A stretch of DNA of 64,000 nucleotides from a virus. The notes beneath the pieces were generated by a model. That model was not told the DNA's origin. It searched no databases and saw only the letters and a program-made list of their open reading frames with translations. The position numbers and the translations under genes are program-made. How positions within the stretch are numbered: the stretch's first letter is position 1; every line of letters starts with the position of its first letter. The stretch lies in the IMG/VR virus record IMGVR_UViG_3300020390_000003, positions 8,458-72,457 of that record, one strand, 5' to 3'. This document shows positions 30,601-38,727 of the stretch, piece after piece.

Positions 30601-32344
30601 AGAAGGCAATATCCTTGTGCTTCAAGAAGAAAAAGCCGGTTATGTGCTGTTTGGTAAAGATTTGCTTACCACCGCAAACGGCGAAAGCGTACTAAGTAAA
30701 ATTCCGGAGGTCCTTGGGAGTTATAGAACTTATGCCGGTAATAATGGTGTAGGCAATAATCCGGAGAGTGTTGCGGTTGACGGTGATCGTGTCTATTGGG
30801 CAAATGCCAGACGCGGCACACCAGTAAGATTATCTATTGACGGCACCACCGAAATCAATTACGGGATGGTTGCGCATTTTAGAAACCTGTTCATTCAAAA
30901 TCCTACTTCGCGCAAGATTGGCGGTTATGACCCGTATTTTAAAAAATACACTTTGACCATTGAAGATGAAGTAGCACAAACCTTAAATGCGTATTGTGGC
31001 AACGTAATTCACAAAACTATAACGGAACCATTCACCTACATTCTAAACCTCAATTATTTACTAGGCGATACCGTGCTTAACTTTAATGTTTCTGATGGAG
31101 AAGCAAACATTGTTGCAACGTATGCCGGAAGCCCATATACTGCCAATGGAGTGACCGGCCTTGCAACTTTGACTATACCGCGCACAGATTTAGAAGAACG
31201 ACAAGTGGTGATCACTATAACGCCGGTAACGGCCAGCGCTCAAGTACAAGTAACCCATACGTGCCCGGTAGGATTACCAATGAAAGTGATAAGCATTGTA
31301 CTTGCCGATGAAGATGATCTAGGCAGAACGATGATCAACCGCTACCGATGGGGAGCGAGTTCGTTCTTTAGCGAGGACCACTTATTCCAAAACTCAGAAT
31401 TGAGTCAGTTTGTTATTGAAAGCGGACTTGAAGGTACAAGCAAATTCCCTAAACGCGGTACTTCTGTGAATATTCAAGCATATAAAGACGGCAGCAATAC
31501 CGGAAGTTTTAAAGTAGATCGCGAGAATAAATTAGGGTATTTGATAAGCAGCGCTAATTACACCGATGCTGATTTAGAAACGATCCTTACTGAAGCAACA
31601 TTTTTAGAAACTACCAATACGCAGATATCGTTAACCAACTTTATTGATCAAGCAAGCTTTGCTTTTGACCGTCCTAATGGGGATGAAAACCTGTATTTAA
31701 TTTGGGATTATCGCGATAACGAATTGGCTATTAATGTCGATACTAAAATCATATTTGCTTTTGATGCTTCTGGAAGTATGGATGCGACATTGGCACCGCT
31801 TCAAACAATGAAAGATACAATTCTCAAAGATCGATTATTGCCTTTGTATGACAATGATTCTGATTTATATGATGAAAGTGTAGAGATCATTGCTTGGGGA
31901 AGCGGCTCAGGTGATCAATATCCTGAGTATAATGAGCAGACCTTACAAGCGCTGAATATGTTTGGCGATACACCAGAAGGTAATGTGATTGTAATGGTAT
32001 TCCAAGATGAGGCGAGCAATATTTACGAAGATGGAACCTTTGACCCTGTTGATCCACGTACTGCCACGTATGACGCTGATATGACCACGTTACGCACCAG
32101 ACTTAATTCATTTCCTAATAATTATTATCGCGGTGTGATTTTCCAGGTAGAGCCAGCAAGCGGCACCAGCTTCAAAGATTTTATACAAGCAATACAAAAC
32201 GGTACAGGCAACTACTCAGGCAATAACGGGCTAAGCAACCGTGGAGAGTTCAACTACAAATATGATATTGCTGATGGAGAGACACCGCAATACTACTTAG
32301 ACAAGATTGTAGAAGCATTAACCGAATTAGGATATACACTTTAA
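27683..32344 (+). CDS. Tail stabilisation / muzzle protein (P22 gp10-like) with C-terminal vWA-like domain
   Basis: GRMNKDADIRLLPKGEYRDA, FAYRYRYLDGEYSA, DNVPLKAKA, GNNPES; FAFDASGSM MIDAS-like motif near the end. Confidence 0.78.
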   Translation: MLRQNFISGRMNKDADIRLLPKGEYRDAFGIEVINSEGDDVGAIEPMLSNKQLTSYDVGANPYDMGDYADEFRKKIYWLVVSDSGSFLFEWDDTNKVQSLVLGDTRPETTRVFNLHKDYMVTGMVKVTTQNVEDDLLLFTDDNMQPICINIERAKSWGVNGFVEEDILLIKKPPRYAPSITPTYTNDGSNNIEERFLLFAYRYRYLDGEYSAPSDFSNYNFNPKPFDLDYFSLDNLGMINAFNAVKIDFNTGERQVTEIQLLVKESLSNNLSIIETFSKEKEGWGDNLIKSFVFANDKSVTDLPSDQLLRSFDNVPLKAKALSLIENLPVFSNYLEGYDIKDQDGNEINIDYNIALQNNIIESGDDLTIAISPDTKLAVTNPNNYPLTEGRRIVIDLSMEINGLPGYDNSFFHTLDSDYPTLHNVFNSLEFRNLLEVINSDFQKNYNQQGEYSVPPSYTLSQDPEITYAQEVGVPTFTVSPVTFTDSDNGGATVEVPITFAESSNFGVVDNINSGTCKTNRNYEVGPVYMDKYGRRSTVLTSKNNTLFIPQEYSVFQNKLIATINSPAPYWADRYKLVVKATPLAYQTIYITEFYSEDFFTWCKLEGKNKDKVVIGDFLIVKKAGDQIVAEPIKVKVLDIKEFDEDFIKNNTDQEGEDIIERAGLYMKIRPLGFSMDNDDFDVETRKSPIGANKSGYPRTVLDLFTSGTDPDLQELAIPAGTSITLRLNSSRNYDDGWVNIDYDNEFYAQRDYDTIEDWFDEIIFGRTSLKADDGSGEFDYDYLDSPDPNRENMELIRDENGYLKLIVWGLLSGGTRNRRGRVSAEIIVRTGSGVYAFETLPKQAESERFYETAQCFDIVNGNHLGNTQDQDFENGAPAIVEMDFFNCYTQGNGIESFRVRDEFNTNYLSIDTRPSSTSVEQYRAVRRFADMTYGKPYIESTNINGLNEFNLSNANFKELDKQYGSIQKTLNREGNILVLQEEKAGYVLFGKDLLTTANGESVLSKIPEVLGSYRTYAGNNGVGNNPESVAVDGDRVYWANARRGTPVRLSIDGTTEINYGMVAHFRNLFIQNPTSRKIGGYDPYFKKYTLTIEDEVAQTLNAYCGNVIHKTITEPFTYILNLNYLLGDTVLNFNVSDGEANIVATYAGSPYTANGVTGLATLTIPRTDLEERQVVITITPVTASAQVQVTHTCPVGLPMKVISIVLADEDDLGRTMINRYRWGASSFFSEDHLFQNSELSQFVIESGLEGTSKFPKRGTSVNIQAYKDGSNTGSFKVDRENKLGYLISSANYTDADLETILTEATFLETTNTQISLTNFIDQASFAFDRPNGDENLYLIWDYRDNELAINVDTKIIFAFDASGSMDATLAPLQTMKDTILKDRLLPLYDNDSDLYDESVEIIAWGSGSGDQYPEYNEQTLQALNMFGDTPEGNVIVMVFQDEASNIYEDGTFDPVDPRTATYDADMTTLRTRLNSFPNNYYRGVIFQVEPASGTSFKDFIQAIQNGTGNYSGNNGLSNRGEFNYKYDIADGETPQYYLDKIVEALTELGYTL

Positions 32345-32355
32345 ATCATAATACA

Positions 32356-32646
32356 ATGGCAAAATTTAGAAAAAAACCGGTAGTTATTGAAGCAATTACA
32401 TTTAATGAGTTTGTAGAGTATGGAAAAACTCAAATGCCGTCAGAGCATTTAAATGATGGGATGCCTTGGAGTTTCAACTATGGAGGACATCAAGTAACAC
32501 ACGAAAATGACGAATGTTACTTAATACCGACATTAGAAGGAACACACAATTTTACCCCTAAAGATGTTCTTATTACAGGGGTTAATGGAGAAATATATCC
32601 TTGTAAAATAGAGATATTCGAAAAAACCTATGAACCTGCAGACTAA
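32356..32646 (+). CDS. Conserved phage protein (KFRKKPVVIEA family)
   Basis: MAKFRKKPVVIEA...IPTLEG...GVNGEIYPCK..IFEKTYE. Confidence 0.75.
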   Translation: MAKFRKKPVVIEAITFNEFVEYGKTQMPSEHLNDGMPWSFNYGGHQVTHENDECYLIPTLEGTHNFTPKDVLITGVNGEIYPCKIEIFEKTYEPAD

Positions 32647-33374
32647 TGGCTGAGACACTAACATTTTCTGAACAGAATAAGGGATGGACGGGCGAAAGTC
32701 CGTTTAAGCCCGGTGGTATGACCTTGCTCAATAACAGGTTTTATACCTTTAAAAACGGGCAACTCTACTTGCATAATGACGCCGATAATCCCGTGCGCTG
32801 CAATTTTTATAGGGAGCAATTTTACCCACGAGTAAAAACGGTGTTTAATGATAATCCGGAGACCGACAAGATTTTTAAGAACCTTGTGACCGAAGGAGAT
32901 AGCAAATGGAAGGTGTTAGTAGAAACCAACTTTGTACAGTCTAGCATTCGCACCAATGAGTTTGTGACTAAGGAAAGTAGAGAATTTGCATACCTAAGAC
33001 AAGCGGAGTCAGAAACATCGTTACGCGGCGGCGCTGCACAAGGCATAGGAAACATCAAAACCATTGACAACCTCACGATCACGGTGACTAAAACGCCAGA
33101 CAATTTAAATAATGGTGACGCGCTGTTTCAAGTTAATGGTAGTGGTGATCAAGAATTGATAGGTGTAATTACAGACCATACTTCGAGCAGTATTACAGTA
33201 GCCTCCGCAGCCGTGGTTCCCGAGGAAAATGCGTATTGCTTTATCAAGAAAGTAAGCAGAATAGAAGGTGCCGAAATACGTGGGTATTATATGGAAGTCA
33301 CTCTTGAGTTAGAAAGTACAGGACCGGCCGAGTTGTTTGCAATAAGCACCAATGCAGTTAAAAGCGGATTATGA
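32646..33374 (+). CDS. Tail structural protein, probable C-terminal part of the stabilisation propeller
   Basis: TLTFSE..KGW, FYTFKNGQLYLH, NFY, IRGYYMEV, ELFAI. Confidence 0.6.
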   Translation: MAETLTFSEQNKGWTGESPFKPGGMTLLNNRFYTFKNGQLYLHNDADNPVRCNFYREQFYPRVKTVFNDNPETDKIFKNLVTEGDSKWKVLVETNFVQSSIRTNEFVTKESREFAYLRQAESETSLRGGAAQGIGNIKTIDNLTITVTKTPDNLNNGDALFQVNGSGDQELIGVITDHTSSSITVASAAVVPEENAYCFIKKVSRIEGAEIRGYYMEVTLELESTGPAELFAISTNAVKSGL

Positions 33375-33784
33375 TGCAAGCACGCCTTTTAGAAAACAGC
33401 GATTATCCTACGCTTGTAAAATGGTGGACCGACAACCGGTTTACACCGATAAGATTTGATTATCTACCGCAGGTTAATGGCGAGTTGCAAGGTATTATGG
33501 TTTTTAATGAAACCGACTTAATCTGCGCCGGATTTATAATAGATACCACCATAAAAAAAGGCGCAATGTTAGAATACATTGTCGCCAATTTTGATATTAA
33601 AGATCGAGACTTACGCAAGAAAGCAATCAACCTGCTTATTGATACGATGTGCGCCACGTGTAAAGCAATGGGGAAAACTTTTGTATTCACCAGCCTTAAA
33701 AACCACGGACTACAAGCGCGATTTAAAGATTGCGATTTTGTTGTAGGAAGCAATAATACGTGTGAAATGATTAGGTCGCTTTAA
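33371..33784 (+). CDS. GNAT-like protein
   Basis: RLLENSDYPTLVKWW...ICAGFI; position before ejection proteins as in podoviruses. Confidence 0.55.
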   Translation: MMQARLLENSDYPTLVKWWTDNRFTPIRFDYLPQVNGELQGIMVFNETDLICAGFIIDTTIKKGAMLEYIVANFDIKDRDLRKKAINLLIDTMCATCKAMGKTFVFTSLKNHGLQARFKDCDFVVGSNNTCEMIRSL

Positions 33785-34223
33785 AAGTTAACTCTTGACC
33801 ACTTAATGAATGAAATATATTTTGTAGGTTATGCAGAAAATGAGCTCTTGGATATCCAGATTTATTACCTAGTTCTATTTCAGCAAACTCACCTTTTAAG
33901 TAAATATTTATTCTGCCTCTAGGAATTACATCAATAATGTAGTGACTATCAGAATCTTTTCGACACTCTTGTATTTTATCTAATATTTCTCGGGTTAGTT
34001 GGATTGGTTTTAAATATTCAATCCATTGACCTGTTGAGTCTTTAAACTTATCTTCTTTAGCATAGACCGTTATGCTTGCTGAGGGTTCATTTGCTAATCC
34101 GGGCTTAACTCTATCGGTATTAATTCCAGAAACCACCATAACCTTATCCTTCAAATCTGGTCTGTGTTTCTTATTTTCTACTAACACCAAATTTCCAATT
34201 CTTAATTCGTTTGATTGTATCAT
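33771..34223 (-). CDS. Conserved phage hypothetical protein
   Basis: NELRIGNLV...PIQLT.E.L...HNLQNIFHSLSGQEL, common in Bacteroidota phages. Confidence 0.7.
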   Translation of the reverse strand: MIQSNELRIGNLVLVENKKHRPDLKDKVMVVSGINTDRVKPGLANEPSASITVYAKEDKFKDSTGQWIEYLKPIQLTREILDKIQECRKDSDSHYIIDVIPRGRINIYLKGEFAEIELGNKSGYPRAHFLHNLQNIFHSLSGQELTFKAT

Positions 34224-34230
34224 TTCCCGG

Positions 34231-34413
34231 TTATTTTTGACTTGTTAAGTGCCACTCTTTACACTTAGAACATTGGTAGGCGTTCATACGTGATCTTTTG
34301 CGCAGTTTTCCTTTTACGTATAAGTGTTGGTATTCGGGAAGTTTACGCATTAGTTTAGCGGCAAGTTCTGCATCCTCTTTGCTTACATAAGATTTTTTAA
34401 AGCATAAAGGCAT
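34231..34413 (-). CDS. Small zinc-binding protein
   Basis: CFKKSY...AYQCSKCKEWHLTS. Confidence 0.6.
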   Translation of the reverse strand: MPLCFKKSYVSKEDAELAAKLMRKLPEYQHLYVKGKLRKRSRMNAYQCSKCKEWHLTSQK

Positions 34414-34433
34414 TGTTTTGAGTTTAGTGATTA

Positions 34434-34465
34434 AAAAAGCCTCAAGAGTTGCATTGAGGCTTTTT
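34434..34465 (-). terminator. Rho-independent terminator
   Basis: AAAAAGCCTCAA/TTGAGGCTTTTT. Confidence 0.7.
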
Positions 34466-34485
34466 GTATTTTCGGCTAGGGTATT

Positions 34486-34884
34486 CTATATGTTGCCAGT
34501 GAAATTGAGTCCGTCACGCGCATTGCGATAATTCAAGGGGTAAAAGACGGTAGCTTCAAGAGTAGTAGATTTATTATAATGTTTTTGGCCAGCCCTATAT
34601 AAATCAGGTTCTAGTACGCGCCCCACATTACTAAATTGCGAAGTAATTTTATCTACTTCTACTCCCGTTTTGATATCGTCAGCAGCAGATACCGGAAGCA
34701 CCACAGCATTAATATCAAGTACTGCAACATCAGCCACAGCAACAATTACATTTTGAGAAACCATATCGTCAATAGACAATACGACATTCTCTTTTTGATC
34801 TTCGGCACGGACAGATGTAGAACTGTAACCGCTGCTTACCCCTACTAAAAGCATAAGCATCAAAGCCATAAACATTCGTTTCAT
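34486..34884 (-). CDS. Secreted protein with signal peptide
   Basis: MKRMFMALMLMLLVGVSSGYS signal peptide; own promoter (TATATTTG) and terminator. Confidence 0.65.
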   Translation of the reverse strand: MKRMFMALMLMLLVGVSSGYSSTSVRAEDQKENVVLSIDDMVSQNVIVAVADVAVLDINAVVLPVSAADDIKTGVEVDKITSQFSNVGRVLEPDLYRAGQKHYNKSTTLEATVFYPLNYRNARDGLNFTGNI

Positions 34885-34888
34885 ACCT

Positions 34889-34980
34889 CAAATATAAAAA
34901 TTAATTATACTTAGTTTATATTTAAACTATACTTTTATTCTATTAAATTTGCAATAAGTATAATTTTAATAGATACTACA
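34889..34980. promoter_or_regulatory. Divergent promoter pair
   Basis: TTCTAT-TAAATTTG (+, -7 at 34944-34951); TATATTTG (-) at 34889-34896. Confidence 0.6.
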
Positions 34981-35700
34981 ATGGCCATCGCAACTTCGGC
35001 TGCTATTATGGGCGGCGCAGCATTAGCAGGATCAGGACTACAAATAGCGCAGGGAGCAAAGCAAACACGTGATGCTAAACGCGCTATGAATAACTTTGAG
35101 CGTCAAACCTTAGAGAATGTGTATGAAGATATGCCTATCTCGTTATTAGGATCTAATTTACGTAGGCAAGATGCGAGTCAGACTACTGCAGATTTAACCA
35201 ATGCCGCACAAGGAGCCGGAATACGCGGTGTATTTGGAGCGCTTCCTAGAATACAAGCCGGTGCCAATGATGCTGCACGTCAAAACCAACTTGATGTAGA
35301 TAACCAAGTGTCACGCCGTAACTATGCTATTGCCGGTGATAATGCGCGTATTCAAAACATACAAGAAAACCGCGATAATCAAGAACTTGCCGGAATAGGC
35401 CAGCAGCTTGCCGTAGGTCAACAAAACACGTGGTCTGGTATTCAAGGTGCTTTTAATGGTATAGGAATGGCTGCATCCGGATTATCGGGTACTATTGGCG
35501 GTGATGGAGCCACTGCTGCAGCAGGAGGAAGTCAAACCCCTATGATGCTACCTACTATACCGGCAATGCAATTAGGAAGTGGTATTCCTTCTATGCCAGG
35601 TTACATGTCACCTGTAAGTCAAGCTTCACCAATAGACGATTATTATAGACGTCAAGAAGAACGCCGAATGTATGAAGAAGCGGCTCCTAAACGTTTTTAG
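34981..35700 (+). CDS. Internal virion / ejection protein 1
   Basis: G/A-rich hydrophobic N-terminus with Q/N/A-rich helices, typical of podoviral pilot proteins. Confidence 0.65.
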   Translation: MAIATSAAIMGGAALAGSGLQIAQGAKQTRDAKRAMNNFERQTLENVYEDMPISLLGSNLRRQDASQTTADLTNAAQGAGIRGVFGALPRIQAGANDAARQNQLDVDNQVSRRNYAIAGDNARIQNIQENRDNQELAGIGQQLAVGQQNTWSGIQGAFNGIGMAASGLSGTIGGDGATAAAGGSQTPMMLPTIPAMQLGSGIPSMPGYMSPVSQASPIDDYYRRQEERRMYEEAAPKRF

Positions 35701-35743
35701 AAAAAACTTACTATCTTAGCTTCATAATCAACACCGGGAACTT

Positions 35744-36232
35744 ATGAAGCTTTTTTTATACTCAATCCTCAGTATATTTTTACTTAGCGCTTGCTCAAGC
35801 ACAGATGATACCGCTATTGATCAAAAAACAGAAATAGAAGGTAATAACGAATTGCAAGGGGTTTGGATTCTTGAAAATAAAATAAATAAAAATTCTAAAG
35901 CCGAAATAACTACTGATTGTGATTTACAACACGGTAAAATTATTTTTACAGAAAGAGGTAGTGAAGCTGAAATAACAATAGGGTCTATAAATACAGTGGG
36001 TGATTGTGAAAAATCGATAACATCATTTAATCAAGTTTTTATTAATCCAAGGTTAAGGCTGAGGATATTGACTCCTTATGATGTAAATAAACCTGATTTA
36101 GAATACGAGTATGAAGCTTATTTTTTAGGAGATAAATTATCTATAACTTTTATTGGAAAAGGAGAGATAGGATACCCTAAAGATTACATTACTGTTTCTG
36201 AACAAGAAACTTTCATATATAGAAAACAATAA
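35744..36232 (+). CDS. Lipoprotein (lipocalin-like), possible superinfection-exclusion moron
   Basis: Lipobox LLSAC; LQGVWILE; AT-rich; own TATCTTAG-like promoter and terminator. Confidence 0.65.
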   Translation: MKLFLYSILSIFLLSACSSTDDTAIDQKTEIEGNNELQGVWILENKINKNSKAEITTDCDLQHGKIIFTERGSEAEITIGSINTVGDCEKSITSFNQVFINPRLRLRILTPYDVNKPDLEYEYEAYFLGDKLSITFIGKGEIGYPKDYITVSEQETFIYRKQ

Positions 36233-36254
36233 AGGGGCCGAAGCCCCTATTTTT
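36229..36254. terminator. Bidirectional terminator
   Basis: AGGGGC-CGAA-GCCCCT flanked by A/T tracts. Confidence 0.75.
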
Positions 36255-36867
36255 ATAATCTTACTTGCGTAAATACCTGTTCTAATATTTGAGCAGGGTA
36301 CATCTTGACTTTACCAAAACGAGGATCCGGTATTTCATCAGTTAGCAATCCTTTCTCTTTACATAATTTTGAAGCTGCACGTCCTAGACGGCTTGCTAGT
36401 TTAATGTTTACAGACACCCCGTTAAGATTGCCATATCCTACTACTGTAAAATATTCCGGGCGTGTACTTGTTTTAGCTTTAAGTTCCCCTACTTCACGTC
36501 TTACTTCTGCTAAAGCCTCCTGATTTTCACGCATCATACGTATGGATTGTTCCATAATATCAAGGGTGCTCATAGGTTTACTTTGTGCTTTTTCAAGTTC
36601 TTCCCATCGCAATATCAACTTTGCACGAGCTTCATCATTAAACTTTGTAGCAATATATAAACTTTCGGTTTTTGAAAGTTGATACATTGGTTTTGCACGA
36701 TTCTGAGAATCAATATAAGAGGTCAATCCAAATTTGGATTGACCTAAATTAACCCAAGTTTCTTCCATCTTGCGAATATCACGCATTAAATGACCGTGAT
36801 TTTTACCTGTTACTTCTGAAATTTGTAAACTGGTTATTTTACCGTTGTCTAAAACTAAATTTCTCAT
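36253..36867 (-). CDS. Rha-family phage regulatory protein / antirepressor
   Basis: ITSLQISEVTGKNHGHLMRDIRKM...YIDSQNRAKPMYQL...KFNDEARAKLILRWEELE. Confidence 0.88.
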   Translation of the reverse strand: MRNLVLDNGKITSLQISEVTGKNHGHLMRDIRKMEETWVNLGQSKFGLTSYIDSQNRAKPMYQLSKTESLYIATKFNDEARAKLILRWEELEKAQSKPMSTLDIMEQSIRMMRENQEALAEVRREVGELKAKTSTRPEYFTVVGYGNLNGVSVNIKLASRLGRAASKLCKEKGLLTDEIPDPRFGKVKMYPAQILEQVFTQVRL

Positions 36868-37172
36868 AGCGCATTTGTATTAAGATTAGACAATGTAGTT
36901 TGGTGAGTCAACAACTCTTTTAAAGAAGCAATGAGCGTGATTTGTTGTTGTAGGCTATTGACAATTTGAGAAGCAGTTTTCGGCTTAAAACTGCTTTGTT
37001 TAGAAAGCACATAATTAACTAGTTGATGATGCGCTTTTAAATGATCACTAATATCTGCTTGCTCATAAAATTCAGAAAGCTTGTCATGTAAAACTTGCGA
37101 ATTGGCTTTAACAAATAATTGATTTGCAATTTGAGAATTGCGTTTACTGGTTTTCTTTTCTGTGTTTCGCAT
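36864..37172 (-). CDS. Hypothetical protein, leader gene of the Rha operon
   Basis: Coupled to rha; its start codon lies within a repeated motif. Confidence 0.6.
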   Translation of the reverse strand: MRNTEKKTSKRNSQIANQLFVKANSQVLHDKLSEFYEQADISDHLKAHHQLVNYVLSKQSSFKPKTASQIVNSLQQQITLIASLKELLTHQTTLSNLNTNAL

Positions 37173-37343
37173 TAGAAAAAAATTAAATTAAACAATAAGA
37201 GCGTAGCTCCCTCTAAGTTGCGAAACACACCAGTTGACGAGCAAATGGAATCGAGAGAGACTACGCCTGTATTGTAGCCTAAATATTCGGTAAAAAAAAG
37301 ATTGAAATACTCAATCAACTGTATGTTTCGCATTTCAAACATA
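37162..37343 (-). promoter_or_regulatory. Structured leader with complementary repeats (antisense/attenuator-like)
   Basis: TGTTTCGCA at 37163-37171 and 37324-37332; complement TGCGAAACAC at 37219-37228 inside a hairpin; promoter TATGTTTG (-) 37336-37343. Confidence 0.55.
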
Positions 37344-37433
37344 CAAAAGAAATTTTAATCTACACCATTAGTACTTAAAAAAAATAAATGTTACAGTATT
37401 GTTCAATCAAATAACGGTGTATTATAGTAAAGG

Positions 37434-37606
37434 TTAGATAGGTGGATTTACCTGAGCTAAGAATTGATAGCCTTTGGTTCAACCTCATTTTTAAAATGCA
37501 CAAGAAACTTTTTCACACAAGCTGTGTAAGTCTTACGGGTGCTTGGTGAGTTGTATTTTAACTCACAATCTCTCGAATACTTAGTTAACCATTTTCGAGT
37601 ATTCAT
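37434..37606 (-). pseudogene. Internally deleted integron-like tyrosine recombinase
   Basis: 49 aa MNTRKWLTKYSRDCELKYNSPSTRKTYTACVKKFL resembles the integrase SAM-like N-terminus; joined out of frame to QFLAQVNPPI-stop, resembling an IntI/Xer C-terminal tail. Confidence 0.6.
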
Positions 37607-37645
37607 AATTGACGTGTTAATTTTATTGGTGTTAGTGATGGGTTT

Positions 37646-37669
37646 GCATATATAGTAGTTGTGTGCAAT
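37646..37669 (+). promoter_or_regulatory. attI-like recombination site
   Basis: GCATATATAGTA-GTTGTGTGCAAT: unpaired GTT core about 50 bp upstream of the recombinase start, with no palindromic left arm. Confidence 0.5.
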
Positions 37670-37859
37670 AAAAAATTGATGCAGCCCACTTAACCGATAT
37701 TCCGTTCGGGTTGCTTTCACACCTCGGTGGGAAGTATTAACGAGCTTTGGACACTCTTACTTTTTAAGGTTTCTAATACATTAGTGGTAATCCCGCTGGT
37801 TTCTGCATCAATTCAATTTTTTACTGTTCACTTCGCCATACAACAACGTATAACAAAAA

Positions 37860-38006
37860 TTACTTACTATTCGTTTCTTGATGAAGTTTGTTTATCATAT
37901 AGCTTATCAGCCCACTAAAGTTCTCAACTCCAAGCACCAAAACAGATAAGTCATTACCCTTTTGGTGCATTTCGTCAGTTATTGTAATTGTTACTTTTTT
38001 AGTCAT
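37860..38006 (-). CDS. 48-aa ribbon-helix-helix-like protein
   Basis: MTKKVTITITDEMHQKGNDLSVLVLGVENFSGLISYMINKLHQETNSK, translated by hand. Confidence 0.55.
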   Translation of the reverse strand: MTKKVTITITDEMHQKGNDLSVLVLGVENFSGLISYMINKLHQETNSK

Positions 38007-38007
38007 T

Positions 38008-38187
38008 TTAAAAAATTAGTTTAGCGTTTAATATTCCTTTTTCAGTAAAGTCAACTTTTTTTAATTCCTTATAATCACATTCAGGATAAAAAGAAAGTAA
38101 ATCTTTTGCGCATTCTCTATTGCTAATAGTCCAACCTATTTGTTTAGTTATTAAATCAACTAATTTTTTAAAATTTTGTAAGTACAT
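38008..38187 (-). CDS. 59-aa hypothetical protein
   Basis: ATG 38187 downstream of a consensus promoter TTTG-19nt-TATCTTTG (38245-38215). Confidence 0.6.
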   Translation of the reverse strand: MYLQNFKKLVDLITKQIGWTISNRECAKDLLSFYPECDYKELKKVDFTEKGILNAKLIF

Positions 38188-38337
38188 AATATCTGTTTTT
38201 AATTGTTTACTTGTCAAAGATAGTAAATACTTTATACATACCAAACAAATACAATAATTTTTTTCACGTAACTTTTGTTATACAATTCCGTTAGCCTACA
38301 ATAGCCCATCGAGGGCACGCAATCAAACCAGTAAAAA

Positions 38338-38505
38338 TCAATTCTCCACCAAAGGTTTTAAGCAAAGTCTGGCTTCATTTGCATACTGCTTTAACGTATC
38401 AATTTGATAGTCTGTAATTGGTTTCTTTTGGTTGAGAATACGCCACATATAGGTATTGTAACAATGTGCATTATGTATTCTTTGTTCTTTCTCTGAAGCA
38501 TCCAT
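38338..38505 (-). CDS. Cassette gene, 55-aa hypothetical protein
   Basis: MDASEKEQ... fits between inverted repeats 38290-38303 and 38538-38551. Confidence 0.6.
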   Translation of the reverse strand: MDASEKEQRIHNAHCYNTYMWRILNQKKPITDYQIDTLKQYANEARLCLKPLVEN

Positions 38506-38548
38506 AGTGATGATTTTTAATAGTTTAAAAGATTGCTTATTGTAGGCT

Positions 38549-38717
38549 AACGGGCGGTGTATGGCCACGCATCGGCAATCGTCGGTTAATATTTGTTCAA
38601 TTCATTTATAATTCGATTGGCTACAGATAGCTAACAAAATGTAAAGCTTATAGATGCGTAGCTCAATCGGCTTTTACGTGTATGCTACGCATCCACAAGC
38701 CTTACACACCGCCCGTT
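38549..38717. repeat. attC-like site 2
   Basis: AAC-GGGCGGTGT...ACACCGCCC-GTT with 2-nt bulge; inner hairpin GATGCGTAGC/GCTACGCATC. Confidence 0.75.
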
Positions 38718-38727
38718 GTGCATAATA

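Larger units (their letters stand above)
37842..38292. repeat. attC-like site 1 (451 bp, gene-containing loop)
   Basis: AAC-3nt-GTATAACAAAAATTAC (37848-37863) ... GTAACTTTTGTTATAC (38268-38283)-6nt-GTT; 15/16 complementary. Confidence 0.65.

Noticed and set aside
37457-37720. 87-aa ORF with upstream GTG start
   Set aside because: The extension crosses the attI-like site into cassette 1; ATG 37606 gives the integrase-like N-terminus
38338-38568. 76-aa version of the cassette ORF
   Set aside because: Its start lies inside attC-like site 2; ATG 38505 with an A-rich leader fits the cassette
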